Below, in pieces: positions 24,923 through 39,491 of a DNA stretch of 64,000 nt. Below the pieces are notes generated by a model, which saw only the letters and a program-made list of their open reading frames with translations, was not told the origin of the DNA and did no database searches. The stretch's first letter is position 1. Every line of letters begins with the position of its first letter. The translations under genes were made by a program, and so were the position numbers. Origin of the DNA: Rotaria socialis (Eukaryota); the NCBI GenBank assembly GCA_905331295.1, contig CAJNYD010000201.1, positions 1 through 64,000 on the forward strand. The letters are read 5' to 3'.

Positions 24923-27900
24923 TTTAAAGGCAATAATTACGTTTTTTTTTTCTTTATTAGAAACTCGTTCATTCTTTCTTATTCAAAAGATTCTCTTTCA
25001 AGCATAACATAAAGAAGAAAAAACAAGGAAGAAAGGAAGAAAACCTTAAGAGTGATATGACGAGAGAAAAGCATATCCATTGATAATTGAATCATTCATC
25101 AACCAGTCTTAGACAATATCAGATGGTTTTACCTCTGCTTGACTAAGAAAAAACATATAGTTTCTTCACATTATTTATCTGGAAGTCTCTCTTATCATTA
25201 CTAAGTGAAAACGAGTGTTATTCTGACATTCAAGCAACACTTAGTGCTTTGTATATATTTTTCGCTTCATAAGAAAGATCGACTTAGCTAGATACTTAGC
25301 GAAGAAAATGTTTTTTTTTATCCAAGACATCAATAAGATATGTAAACATGGAATTTTTTTCTTCCGCCAGATAGAAAAAGAAAACGATGAAAAAGAATTG
25401 CATTTATTTCTATCGTCGATTTGATATTTCTATGCAATAGAAGTTTTTTGTAATGATAATACATTATTCTATTGAATTTAATATAATAATAATAGTAAAA
25501 ACGATGAACTTAAAATTACGTAGTTTCTTTTACAACACTAAATAAGAAAATAAATTTTACTCAAATGAACGACGCTACATGAAAATCCTAAATAGCAACG
25601 CCATGATAATAGAAATTAATGAAAAACAGAAAATATAATCGAAATCTATCCTTACTTTTGTTTAGCCTTAAATAACTGCAACGATGGATGAGATATAAAA
25701 ATGTTAATTAATTCAAAAATACATCTTCCTCATTGATGAATAGTAAAAAAAGACATGATATTATGAAATGGCTTGCAATACAACTCTTCTACAGCGTAGT
25801 CATAATCTACTGAATGACTACTTGGATCAATCACCAGTTACTTTAATTTCAGAATAAAAAACATTGACTAAGGATGGCAATCCATGAGTGTGTATCTGGG
25901 AACAACATTGCAGATATATATTCACGAATAATTTATTTATTATTGAGCATCATCACAGTCGAAAGAAAAAGAAAAAAATATGACGAAGAAGAGTCAGGCA
26001 AGCAAACGCAGTCAGTCAGTAAGCTAATCAGTCCAGTCAAAACTAAAGATCTTATATAGAATGGTGAATGCTCTTGACGAATCAGATATCTTGTCTATGA
26101 CTTGACTTATACTACTTATACTGCATAGGACGACTATAGATAGTGGCGACAACTACCAGTTACTTGGAATAGGCAACATTTTTCAAGGAAATTATTTATT
26201 TGATACTAACTCTTATCTCTAGATCAAGATATCCCATCGTTTGTAACAAGAAAGTCTAATATTACTTCCTAGTTGGCGAACAATTTTCCCTCAGACTGTT
26301 TCGATGATTTTAGACTGACTATTTCAAAACATTAACGAGAAAACTATGATTTCACGACTGAAATATAAATATATTGATTAAGCAGAATTTACTGTTATTA
26401 CTGTCCAGAAAGAAATAATATGGTGGCTTCTTATTTTCATGAAGTCCCCGAAAAAATCAAATTAAGAAATACGTAATACGATTTTTTTGTTATGTAGATA
26501 TAATCAGAAATAGAGAGAAACTTTGAGTGTTGAAAATTGCTCGTATGATTTTCTATGTATCCACTTTCATACCATTCGTCGTAGTCGAAGAGTGAAGAAA
26601 AATCAAATGCAATGATATGGAAAATATACTGATGATCTTAATTTTAATAATACTAAATTGATCTCATATTTGAGCTAAGATCAAAAACAAATATTTATAG
26701 TTAAGAACTAATTTATTGTGGCTTAGTTTCTGTGAACTCTATTTATTTTTGAGAGACGAGACACGACGAAGCTCAAAATTAGATATAGTGCTTTCATCAT
26801 AATTAATCAGAAACATTTGAAGCATTTTTCGAAGATTTTTAACTCTTTAGTACAGAAGTTTCTCTTGTACTTTCACGAAGTTTTATTCATCTTTTTAAAT
26901 CAGTTAAATTTTTATCATAAGTATGAGAACTGATAAATATTTACTCTGAAATTCAATAAGGAAAAGCACAAGTGAAGATTCGTTCAACTTTCGATGAGAA
27001 TATCGATCTGAAAATTTAATATCTTTGAAATTGTGATCATTTTAATGGTTTAGTTTTACAATTTGCTTTTCTTTCCATCAATAAAAAAATTTATGAATTG
27101 TGGAATTTTATAAAATCATCTGTCACTTCAAAAGTTATTTCCCATATTCAATAATTATTGAATGCTTTGAAAAAAATTATTATATTAATTGAAAATTAGT
27201 TATTGTCAGATGTTTTCATCTATACTAATATTCAATGAAACATCCTTTTAACGAAGTATAATTATAGATTTGAAATAATACATTTTTGACATGATGCATA
27301 AGCATCTAGTATAGATTAAAATTGTTTATTTGCATTAATCGTGCTTGTGATTGTTTCCATCAAGTTAAATTCATCTATTGTACAAAATAATAGAAAAGAT
27401 CCTCCAATGAATTACAAATATGAAATTCAAACAGGGGATTAATATTGAAATCCAAGAATTTACAAATTGACTGAATTGCTCCTAATTATATAGATGATGC
27501 ATCGTGATAGATTACTTAGAACTTACTGTGAATTTCGAAGAACACAGAGCATCATTCTGTTTCACTTGCGTTTAAAATATATCTAACCAGATGAATAGAC
27601 GAAGAATCAAAATAAAAATAAAAAACAGCGGTTTTTCAATATCTATAAGAAGTAAACTTTATAGATGAAACTATTATAGCTCAATACGATCTTGTGATTT
27701 TTTATTGCAAATTTTAGTTTATGAATCAAATGGACGTAAACTAAAATCTTATTCTATGTAAATTTAAGAGTTAATGATGCTTGATATATTTTTTTATTGC
27801 TATGTTTGGCATTTTAACAGAGATGATAATTCTTGTTTGATATACTAGCAAGACTAATCAGATCATATCAAAAACTTACACTATTCATCAAAATAAAACT

Positions 27901-30011
27901 GTTTTTATCTACTGTTCAGATAAGTAAGAATAATTGAGAACTACATAATTAAACATTATTCATGTAATATTTCGCTACGTTCTTTTGCATTTTTTTTTCA
28001 AAAGATATTAATTCATACATTAGTCAGCTTTTTTAAATATTTCCATATTGGATCTGCTATTAGTCTTTCGACATGACATGTAGAATAATAAGTTCATGGC
28101 TAATAAAATCGATGTTTACATTCCTAAATGTATCAACTTGAAATGAGGTTGTCATCGTTATATAGTGTCAACGCTATCAGTGACATGATAATAATTTAAA
28201 AAAGCCTCATTCATTGTGATTAGAAATGTGTTCGCTTTTTTCTTTCTTTACTCAACGTCAGTGAAAAAATTCTTTTTCTTCTCACTCGTTCGTAACGTGT
28301 CTTGGTCAGGCAATTGAACTACTCTATTACTTTGCATACCGCTTTAACTTCTCTATTTTTTTTCTCTTCATCTGTCTGTTCAAATGAACATGCAATTGAA
28401 AGTAAAATAAGAAAGAAAGAAAAAAGTGAGAACACAGACGGATATAAGGAATTAGTGGCTAAGTCATAGCACTGCACTATTTCAATATTTCATACGAGTG
28501 TATGATGTTTTTTTCAATAACTCTTTCTGAGAAGTTTATTTTTAGTAAAGACAAATAGTATTTTTTTATGTTATAGACTATTTTTATTTTTTTTCTTGTA
28601 TATTTGAATACACTAGCTTTCTTTTTTTTTCTATGTGTGTCATCGTTTGACAAAGATGAGGCGCCATATTAATGTTAGTAGGTCGTCTAACTAAAGAATA
28701 ATTATCGGCTGTAAGATAATCATCAATATTGAGAAAAGGATTTATCTCTTGTGACAAAAAAAAGGAAAAGAAATGACCCTGTTTGACATATTGAAAAAAA
28801 TGAGTTCATACAGACTGTATGTCTATATATTTTACTTGCTTATTTCAACGAGTTTATGAACAATCAATCGATTTCAAATGGATGAATGATTATGATCGAT
28901 TACTTCAATGAATATTGATTGTACAATAAACGAGTAAGTATATTGATAACTAACTTTCGTAAAATTTTGAAACATTTTAAAACGAACTTGTTGCCAATTG
29001 TATATTTAAGAAGAGAAATAGCTTATTAATTACTTGAGTAATATATATACATATTGAGATTTTGTAGCGAGAAGAAAAAAGAAAAGTACATAAATGGATT
29101 TTATTTATTCTACGTTAACATGCTCGTTTCAAGCAAAGCACTTAATATATTCTTGTTCATATAATTCTTGTCAGTGATTTCAACGTCTCACTTGGTGGTA
29201 TTCTCAGTACGGACGTATGTGTATAGGGAAGACCTCTCAACCTTCATTTTACTTGTAGACTCATTAGAATTACTGTGCTTTTTTCTTGCTTTCTTTTTTT
29301 TCTTGTCGGCACACGTACCACTTACATCTTCAAGGTTTTAACCCTCGGTGCCAGTACACAGATGCTCAATAAAATCCATTAGAGTGAGTGACCCAGTTAT
29401 TATCTTTCCTTCGTAAGTCAGAAAAAAAGTGCTAAAGCAAGAGAATTAAAAATGGAACTATTACATCATTAAGAATCTTGTATTCACGCATAAATGAGTA
29501 CATATACAGTTCAACATGTACTAAGTTGTTGATTCTTTTGTCAAGAGAAAAATAAATAACTAATATTGCTGTTTTTTAAATTCAATGTATTGTACTAAAC
29601 CAGAGAACTATTAGATTGTTTTGTTGATATTTATTGAACATAAGAAATCGATATCAAAAATTTAAAAAGAAGCAATTGAATCAAGAAATTGAGGACAAAA
29701 ATGAATAGTACTAATCATTAGTATATATACAAATATAGTTCTTTATCTGTGTTTATTTGAGAATAAAATTACGAAAATATTTTGATTTACAACTTTAGAC
29801 TAAATTGAAATTTATTCAATCATCTTTTTTTTCTTGACTTACAACGAATAGGTTACTTTGCTTGATCATCTCACTTTCGTTCATATTTTCTTATTTGCCT
29901 TTCTTTTTCTTTTTCTAGACAGACCATCGGTCACCCCTCCCAACCGATTGTTAACATCATACGTATATATTCGTTGTTGTTATTGTTGATGTTCACCGTA
30001 TATACACTTTA

Positions 30012-30030
30012 TAGAGAGAGAGAGAGAGAG
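30012..30030. repeat. (AG)n microsatellite
   Basis: agagagagagagagagag. Confidence 0.8.
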
Positions 30031-30622
30031 AATAGAACGAAAGAACATCACTAACGTCTTATCTTTTTATATCGAATATTGAGGTTAACAAATAAATATT
30101 TCTTTTTCTCTTTGCTACTATTATTTGAATAGAAAAAAAATCTAATGAAATGATGTAATGGTTATAACAAACAGGTACCTGTTTCAGCTTGATTCTTTGA
30201 ATTTCTTTCTTTTTTTTTCAAGTATCATTCAAAGACGGACACGAATCGCTTTGTTTTTATTGCCTCAGACGGACATCGACCGATTGGTTATGTACCATTC
30301 CTTTTCTCTCACCTTTGCTCAAGCGCCACATTGAACAGTTTGATGAAGAGGAAAAATAAATACACCGAGTAAGAGAAAAAAGGTAGAGAATCAAATTACG
30401 ACGGCGCGTGTGCGCAATTGTAAGAAATTCATTGAAACAAAAATCTCCTTCTAGACGACACTTAACTATGCAAATCGATATAGGAAAAAGGCAATCATTC
30501 ATTTCAACTTGTTTTCTTTTCCGTTAAACTAGATGGCCTTGTAAACGATTTTAGTTATTTTTTCCCTTGTCATTTGTCTTGTTTTTTTTTAGATGATTAA
30601 GTAACATTAAAGGTAAAAATAA

Positions 30623-33600
30623 ATGGAAAGTGAAGAAATCCAAACAAATACAGTGGCACACCAACAAGATGAAAAAGATGATAGTGGAATAGAGCAAGAT
30701 AGCAGTTTTATATATATACGAATAGCTGTTGAAGATCATAATTTACAAAAAGTTCTCAAATTTAATTTGGATGATACGGTATGGAATGCAAAACAGAAAG
30801 TCTTACAAGTTCTTGTTCGAGTAAAAAGCTTTCATTTTTCTGAAGATGAAAAATAGGAAAAATATTTTTTATTTCTAGGTATTGATTGATGGTTTAAATT
30901 TTGGATTATATTTACCATCGTGTAATGGTCGAGCAGGAAAATTTCTTGATGAATCTCGTTGTCTTAGAGAATATCCTTTAATTGGGCCTGTTAGTTATCT
31001 TGAAGTAAATACTGTCTCCTTTGGAAGAAAACGTTTACACAAAGAGTACTGTTTTGTTTTTGTTTTAGTTTAAATATAAAAGACGTGTTTATAAAGCAAT
31101 TCATCTTGTACAAAAGAATATTAATTTAAAAGTACGTTACGATTGAATAACCAAGTTTTTATTGAATATTAATTTTTTATTAATTAACAAAAGATTAGCA
31201 CAAAAAAATTTATTGATTGTATCAAAACAAATCAAATTTCAAAGGTTACTCGATATTTAGAAAAGGGATTCGATCCAAATTTTCATATTTCTAATGATGG
31301 TAAGTCAAGAATTTTTTTGAGTGAGTTCAATTTACACTTGTTTAATTATCGAACTAAACAATAATGAAATGAAATACACTTTCTTGATGCCAAACAGCGT
31401 GTATACAACGTTGTTCAGTGAATATGTTATTATCACTAGGAGATTTGTGAACTCTATGATGACAAACATTCATACTAATCGAAACACTTTTCTACTATGA
31501 TGATTTGCACTTTCATAATGCCATGTTGTAAGATAATTGAACGCTTTGAAGTTCGAATTTTATTCATACATACAAGAATGTATGCATTAGAAAATATATA
31601 AAAATCGATGAGCATTAGAAATTTCGAAGAGATTAACATATCGACTGATTCTACAATTCTTCTTTAATATTACATTTTTTTCAAACTTAAGATTTTTTTG
31701 ACGGGAACATTTATTCATATGAGGTCGTCAATTATATTAAGCTGTAAAATTTCATACATTCTCTTGACTCATTATCTGTCAAACACTATGATGGTATTTT
31801 CATGAGTATTTTGTGATCAGGATATATGTATATACCAGAGACCGTCATAGGGCAGGGCAAAATATTTCGCCCTGCGCCCTGATAATTTTTCCTATAAACT
31901 GATATACAGCAGATTTTTCAGTCGATTATGCTGGCATGGTGATGGATTATAATGTATGTCATTATGCGCCAGCCACTGTGAAATTTGTTGCTATGTCTAG
32001 TTCAGACAATACCAGTTTACTCATTTATTATCATATAATTCAATTATAAAAATAAAATACTGCTTCAAAGAGAAATGCAAAACTTGGTAGAATCATTTAA
32101 TATTGTGTAAGAGAACGAGCTAATTTAAGAATTATGTGTATGATGAGCTTTTTTTCTAAATCATTTCAGACATGAGCTTAGTGTTCCAGAGGAAATTTCA
32201 CTTAAAGATTCAACATGTTCTAATGGTAAATTTCTTCGCATGTTTTAGTTTTGTATGCTTAGTTCTCTATGTTTTAAATTATTTTCACTTGATATGAACT
32301 CGCCCGGTTCTACAAAATTAGAAAATCTCTTGTTTCATGATAAATCTTACCACCCCATAATACACAATGAATCTCTTGCTACTGGTACATTTTGAAGAGT
32401 CTTTATTTATCCAGCACGATGAGTTGAGGAGAATAAATGTGAAAGATTTACTCGATTTCTCACTTATTCAAATTATATACATATTCAATTCGCCAGATCA
32501 CGATAAGCGCATTATTTTTGCAATGAACTGATTTTTGTGATAATCTTAATTGCTGTTTGCTACTCATATTTAATTATGTTTTAAGCGCATATCTATATTT
32601 TCTCGAATATAGATAAATAAAATATGAGTACTTTGCTTTTCAGTGGTCACAACACTTTCATTTAGTCTTTACCTTTTTCAATATTTCAGTTCAATTTATA
32701 ATCATGCTCTGCCCTGCCCTGAGACAGGGCAGGGCAGGGCAAAAAGAGTTGCCCTGTGACGGTCTCTGGTATATACATCCTATTTTTCTTTTTATAGATC
32801 AATTAAATAGATATTCTGAAATTTTATAAGTAAGCTGATCTGATGGTTATTTTGACATAACAAAATAATCGATGCTCTAAAATAGTTCACTATTTCAGAT
32901 CGAATTCTCTTAGACTTATTGTATTTTATCAATTTCATATGTATGAACAAAATTTAAATCAAAGGTTTTTTGTTTCATGAGAAAATGTTTTCATAAGATT
33001 ACTAGATATTTTCTTACTAAATCCTTTATTTGTCTTTCAATTTGAGAATGTCGGTCTTCATTAGATTGACTTGAGCATTTTTCTCAAAGAAAGAAAATGT
33101 TTTCTGTGTCATAAAGCTTTAATCATAGGTCTTTTAATGAAACTAGTTTTATGAATTATTTTAGAAACAGTTCTATCATGTGCATGTATTGATTTAATTG
33201 AACCACGATCAATGATTTTGGCGCTAGTGAATGGTGGTGCTCATCTAGATTTTCGTACTCGTAATGGTGGCTTCACACCTCTACATAAATCTGCAATTCA
33301 CCATCGTAAAGAATCTATTGTGGTATGTTGAAAATATTGTCCCTGTTGAATTCGAAAAACAAATTTTTATTTATTTCTTTAAAAAAAACTCAGATTCTTC
33401 TGGAACTTGGTGCATCTCCGAATGTCTATGATAATAAAGGTTTAACACCTCTTTATCATACAGTTTTAAATAATCATAATGAATCAATCAATGATTCATC
33501 GTACTGTTGTCAATTACTATTGCAAGATCATTCAATAGTAAATTGTCGTGATGACTATTTGTCTACTGAATTACATCAAGCATGTCGTCTTGGTCTTGTT

Positions 33601-36600
33601 CAACATGTTGAACACTTACTTTTTTATCGAGCAGATATAAATGCAATTAATACAGCTGGAAATACTCCATTACATATTTGCACTGCAACAAATCAAGTAA
33701 TTATCGAGAACTATTTCGAGAATTTAGATTGATGAAAATTATTTTTTCTTCAGGAAGCTTGTGCTCGTGTACTACTTTTTCGTGGAGCTGACGTAAAGAT
33801 TGTAAATAAATCTAATCAAACTCCGTATGAACTTGCATTAGTATCTCAAAATTGTTCAATCGCCACAATTATCCAATCTCATAAACCAGATCATGTTGTA
33901 CCCTATCGTGAAACACCATTGATTAATCCAAAACGTCGTTCTATATATATTGAGCAAGATAAACATCGAATAAGATCATTATCAACTACAACATCATCAT
34001 TGTCATTAGCTAATCGATCACAAAGTATGCCTAAGTTGAATAGTATTAATATTTTACATCGAAGTAATTCACCAGCAAATGAAAATCTTTATCAACAACA
34101 TCCACCAAGTCGTAGTTCATCACCGAAATCGTTTAGTGTTAATAGTGATCATGGACTTGGTAGTGAATGTACTTCACGTTTATCTTCTAGTAAGATTAAG
34201 CTATTATTAATTATTCTATTCATATTTGATATTCTTTATTTAAAAATCAAGACTCCCCAAACGCTGTAAATGGTTGTTACATCTATAAACGAAAACGATT
34301 ATATGCAGCAGCACCCGGTCGAAAATGTATGTGTATCAAGTCTTATCGAGCGAATTTATCTGGAGAATTATCATTGCATAAGGGAGATATTGTTGACAGT
34401 AAGAATACAGCTTTTGGTTTTTGTTTTCAATTGGAAACTGTGTCAAATTTTGTTTTAGTTCTAAGTGTTGGTGAACAAGGATATTTAGAAGGAAGATGTA
34501 AAAATGTAGAAGGATGGTTTCCAAGTAATCATGTCCAAGATATTTGTGTTTTTAGTAAGTGTTTATTTTGCTTAAAATAGATTAAAATTAGTTAGAGATT
34601 TTTACATGGGTTTTATTTACAAATTTATAGTTTTTAAAGATTATTATCTTAATTAATTTAATGATTTCTCAATGATATTTTCAAGGAATATGACAGTCAA
34701 AAAACTGTTAGGATATTTAGTTAATCAGAAGAAAAAACTTTTTTCTTATCTTCTGATCATAAACATCAGTTAATATCACAAAATTTTAATCGGAAATCAT
34801 GATTTCTTATTAACAACGCACAGTATAGCATAGCCTCAAGTTTATGATATAAGAAATGTAGTAAAGAACCCTACTGTATCCGATCAAATGCAAAATATCA
34901 ATATAAATTATTGACCAACATAGTATTGCTTTGCGCTATTTATTTTAAAATAACTTGTATTCAATTTTGTTGGATCTACATAAATTTTTATTAACAGCAA
35001 AACAAGTCTCTTTTATGCGTCAAAACAAAAGTGTGTCTATGAACATTAATTAGTGAACTCATAGTCTAGGTACGAAACGATGCAGATTTTACGTTAATAA
35101 AAGCATGGAAAATCCGATAAAGCTCAAAGATAGTCAGTTAGATTTACTTGAGAGTTTTGTCGTACGCAAAAATAAGATATTAATATTAGTTAAATACAAA
35201 GTCTCATTTCGAACTAGTTTTAAAATCTGAACTATCTATTTCATAAAAGTTAGAATCATTCTTTTACTCATAGATAGTTTCTTATAAGGTTATGTTCGTA
35301 TAATTGAAACATATCCTTTTTTTCTCATCACTATATTGCACATAGTATCCGAGACTCACACTCACATCGGTACATGGCTAATAAATATTTCTGTTTTTCA
35401 ACTACTTGAAAGTTCAATTTATTCTCAAATCAAGATGCTATTATAAATCCAATTTAGCATATCTATATTAATCTGTCAGAGATATCAATGCAAAATATAA
35501 GCGCGAATGAGATCAGTAATTTAATCAAAGTACTACACTAGTTATCTGATGATATCGAGTTGGAAAGTGTAGAAGTTAATTTTTTGATTCGTCAATAATT
35601 ATCATATACGTTTTATAAAAGTTCTTTGATTTGTTTCTCAGTTCCTATGCTTCTAAGCAGGTTAAATCGTAACTATAAGAAAACAAGAGTAGATCGTAAT
35701 AAAGCCTATCTCGAAATATTGAATATGTAAAATAAATTGGAAACCAAATGAGTTAGTGCTAGCTTAGAATAGGTAGACTAAAAACCGTGCCAATTAAACA
35801 AACACATAGTTACTAACGAAAGTATGGAGATTAGAACATCAAAAATTAAAGGATTTTGATACACTAAAAGTATCGAAGTATGTTAATGAATGGAACAAAA
35901 TTTAATCAAGTTACCTAATTCAATTATTTAGAGTATTCCATTTCTGAATACTGAAGTATCTATTCAGTACGCTAAACTCAATACTTTTATTAGAGCTATT
36001 CCATGTGAGTCCAGAAGATGTATTATTCGAAAAAAAGTACTATGAAAACGAATTCTTAATGTTATATAATTAACCGTATTATCAGTAAACTTATAATTCA
36101 AAGGAAAAATAAAACAATGGCCATATTAACGCTTAATCAGAGATAATATTATAAATTCAGTGATTTTTGAAAACTTTAGATTAGATTTCGTGAATTACTA
36201 GCGTTTAGAAAATTTGAAATAATTCTTTTTATAGAAAATGGTGAAATGACTAATGATGACACAATAGTGATTAGTCGTGATGCTCTATCCGCATTAATGA
36301 TTAATAATGATACATATACACCACGTACTGTTGTTTTACAACGAGGAAAAAAAGGTTTTGGCTTTGTTCTTCAAGGCTCACGAGGTACCTTTTGCTTTAT
36401 TGTTCTATCAAATATCACTATGCTTTTCTATTTCACATAGTAGCAGGAAAATTATTTCAACCAACACGATCCTTTCCTGCGCTTCAGTTTCTTGATAGTA
36501 TTGAAAAAGGTAGCAATGCTGAAAAAGCTGGTCTAAAAAAAAATGATTATATTCTTGAAGTAAGCTTATAAATATTTATCTGTCTTTCTTATATTTAAAT

Positions 36601-39491
36601 CACATATAGATCAATGGTATCAATGTAACTTGTATGCCACATGAAGAATGTGCCAATTTAATAAAAAGAGCCGGAAATACTTTAGCATTGAAAATAGTAA
36701 CAACGAGTATGTCAACACTGACCCATAATCAGCGCGATTCACAATCACATTATACTACTTTTCAATCGTTACCTTATCGACGTAAAGGTAATTTTATTTC
36801 GTTTTAAAACCTTAGAAGAAAAATATATATTTCAGCACCTCTTCGTCCGAGCTTTGAAAAATCGTTTGGTGGTATGTCCATAGTTTTTTCTTTAGCACAA
36901 AGTTCTCTTTCTTTTCTCAATATAATTTCCACACTCGCTTTAGCTTTTTCACTGTCAAATAAATTACTACTACCTTTTCAATCATTGATTATGAAGAAAT
37001 CAGAACATAATACCGTTTTAGGTATTTACAAAAATTAAGTTTTCATAATAATAATTATAATCTAACTGCATGAAATTCTTGCTAAACTAAAATAAATAAA
37101 TTTATCGATCGTCATTTATTTTAATCGAACTTAGTTTTATTTTTGTAGAAGATCTTGATCGGACATCAGCAGAATATGAATATGGAAGTATGTCTGAAGC
37201 ATATGTATCTGTTTCAAAACAACAGATTGAAAATATTTACAATGGATCTTCATCTCTTCGTATAAAGTAAATATTTTGTATTTTAAAATAATGTTTTCTA
37301 CAGATCTATTTTCGTTTTAAAGAAACAAACCAGCTGTACCTGCACGTGATTCTTCTCTTTATGATTATTTTATAAATTGTCAAAATCAACAGATTTATAA
37401 TAGATTTCAACCGCTTATACCAGCTGTAAGTGTCCCGAATTTATCATCAATAACAAATATTCGATGCAATTCAAATTCCTCATCAAATGAAGCTGACGAA
37501 GAATTGTCTTTATCTTCAATGAATAGTAATCTAATGGCAGCAACAACTAATTTGAACGAAGAGAATGGAATTGGAATATATATGGCACCATCATTATCGC
37601 TTAGTACAACTAATATGTCAACATTTAAAGTAACATCAAGCAATCATTTACCTGCCAAGCCAAGTGAAGTTAAAAGACGATCAAATAATCGAAAACAAAC
37701 TTCTATAGCCATTCATTCAAATAATAATAACGCTTTACTAAACTCAATAGAGAATGAAACTTTCGAATCATCACCTCCACCACCACCACCTCCTCCATTT
37801 CCTGCAAATTTCCGTTCGATAAATAAAGTTGAACCACAAACAGTATCAATAATTGAACAGAAAAAAAACAAAATTGATTCGGCTTTAACAACAACGAAAA
37901 ATGATTTCCAGATGCAAATTGAACAAGCAAAAGGTCGTCTGAAAAAAATCAATAATGAAACGTCATCGAAAAGTATTCTTTCGTCAACAAAACTCAATGG
38001 ACTCAATAAACCAATTCATCAAAATAATACCAGTAACTATTCTTTGTTCAACTTGTAATGTTGTTTTATTGATAAACTTCTTCAGAAAATGTACAAGTAG
38101 AACTTGTGACATACTTATTCTTTCATGAAAAAGAGCATAGAATGAGAATCTCTCGTCCGAAGTATGAGACACTTCCTGCAGAATTTCTATTAAATTTAAT
38201 AAAAAAATTTTGAAAGCAAAATTCTTAATAATTTGAGTTCTAATTTGACACAATATTAATACAAATATATTGTCTAATAGAAAAAATGCCTCAGAAAATG
38301 GATGATTTTTAGAATTGAAATTAAAATAAAAGAGATATGTTGATAGTTTTGGTTTAGAACAAGAGAAACCCTTTTCATTACGAGAAAAAAGAAGTTTATG
38401 CAATAATAAAATTTGCATTCTGACATGTTTAAATGAAAATCTATGTCCATAGTTCAGATGAAATTATTTTCGTTTATTTTTTATTGTAGCTAATTCGAAT
38501 CATTATCATTCATCAGATATGTATAATTCGCCAGAATTGAAAAATATTATAATCGAAGATAAAATTTCATCGAATGAATTTCCTTCTCCACCATCACCGA
38601 GTACTCTTCGTCGTTCAACCGCAACAGTATCTACAAATAAAACATCAGTTATCGATCCTCGACTAGATACTCATTTTTCTTCTGTAATTGCACAACGTGC
38701 AGCGGCAGCAACAGCTCGTCGTCATGAAAATCTGTTGGAGCTTGACTATAGTTCAAATGGATTACCACCATCAAGAACATTTTTTAATAATTGTATTATA
38801 ACGAATGGAATTCAAACGACTAGTAAGCTATATGATTAAAATTGAAGAGCAGCTTAAATTATTTTTTCAGCTATTCATCATCATCGTTATTAAACTTCAT
38901 TCAAGATTTATTCTGTAAGAGATTCTTGTGTATATGATGGGGTTTATTTAATTCTTGTCGGGGTTGTTTGTGCATATACGTATATATATATATATATATA
39001 TATATATTTGAATTGCATGCAAAAATAAAATAAACAATCGATTTGTTTTATGCAGGAGCCTATGTGTTTTTATTCAAATTAGTTGTGGTAGAAATATCTC
39101 ATAGTTTTATTTATCAACTTCTCGAGGGAAAAAGTCACTTCGAACAGCTTAAAGTAATGAATTGAAAAAAGTCGAATCAAACAAATCGATTCTGCACGAA
39201 ATGTCTCTTTTGTCTTGATATCGAAGCAAATCATATTAAAAGCTAATTAACAACTTAAGCAATATGATTCTTTAACTGGCATGTTTGCAGATTCTGTTCA
39301 TTCACATGCATATAACATACTACTGCTTATCTTAATTCTTTTTCTTTTAATTTAATAATCAATTCTAATTAATTTTAGGTTCATCGTGTCCACAACGATT
39401 TAGTGCTACAGCTAATCAGTTATTAGAAAATCTGAAACGTCGTGGTGGAAACATAACATCGATGGATCATCTTGTAAAAAGTTATAATTAA
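30623..39491 (+). CDS. SHANK: SH3 and multiple ankyrin repeat domains protein (Shank/ProSAP)
   Basis: SPN domain (NFGLYLPSCNGRAGKFLDESRCLREYP, FKYKRRVY); ankyrin repeats (GGAHLDFRTR, HQACRLGLVQHVEHLLFY, ACARVLLFRGAD); SH3 (GELSLHKGD...EGWFP); PDZ (KKGFGFVL...FPALQFL); Pro-rich tail. Stop at 38893 or 39491 depending on the last exon. Confidence 0.92.
31836..32768. mobile_element. Non-autonomous hAT element (933 bp) in a Shank intron
   Basis: 19-bp TIR cagagaccgtca(t/c)agggca; perfect 8-bp TSD GTATATAC (31828-31835, 32769-32776); subterminal CAGGG/GCCCT repeats at both ends; no long ORF. Confidence 0.92.
38981..39007. repeat. (TA)n microsatellite
   Basis: tatatatatatatatatatatatata. Confidence 0.85.

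Noticed and set aside
24923..30622. 5.7-kb gap between WDR37 and SHANK with small ORFs and CAGT repeats near 26010
   Set aside because: No coding motifs or consistent exon chain; most likely regulatory DNA or 5' UTR introns
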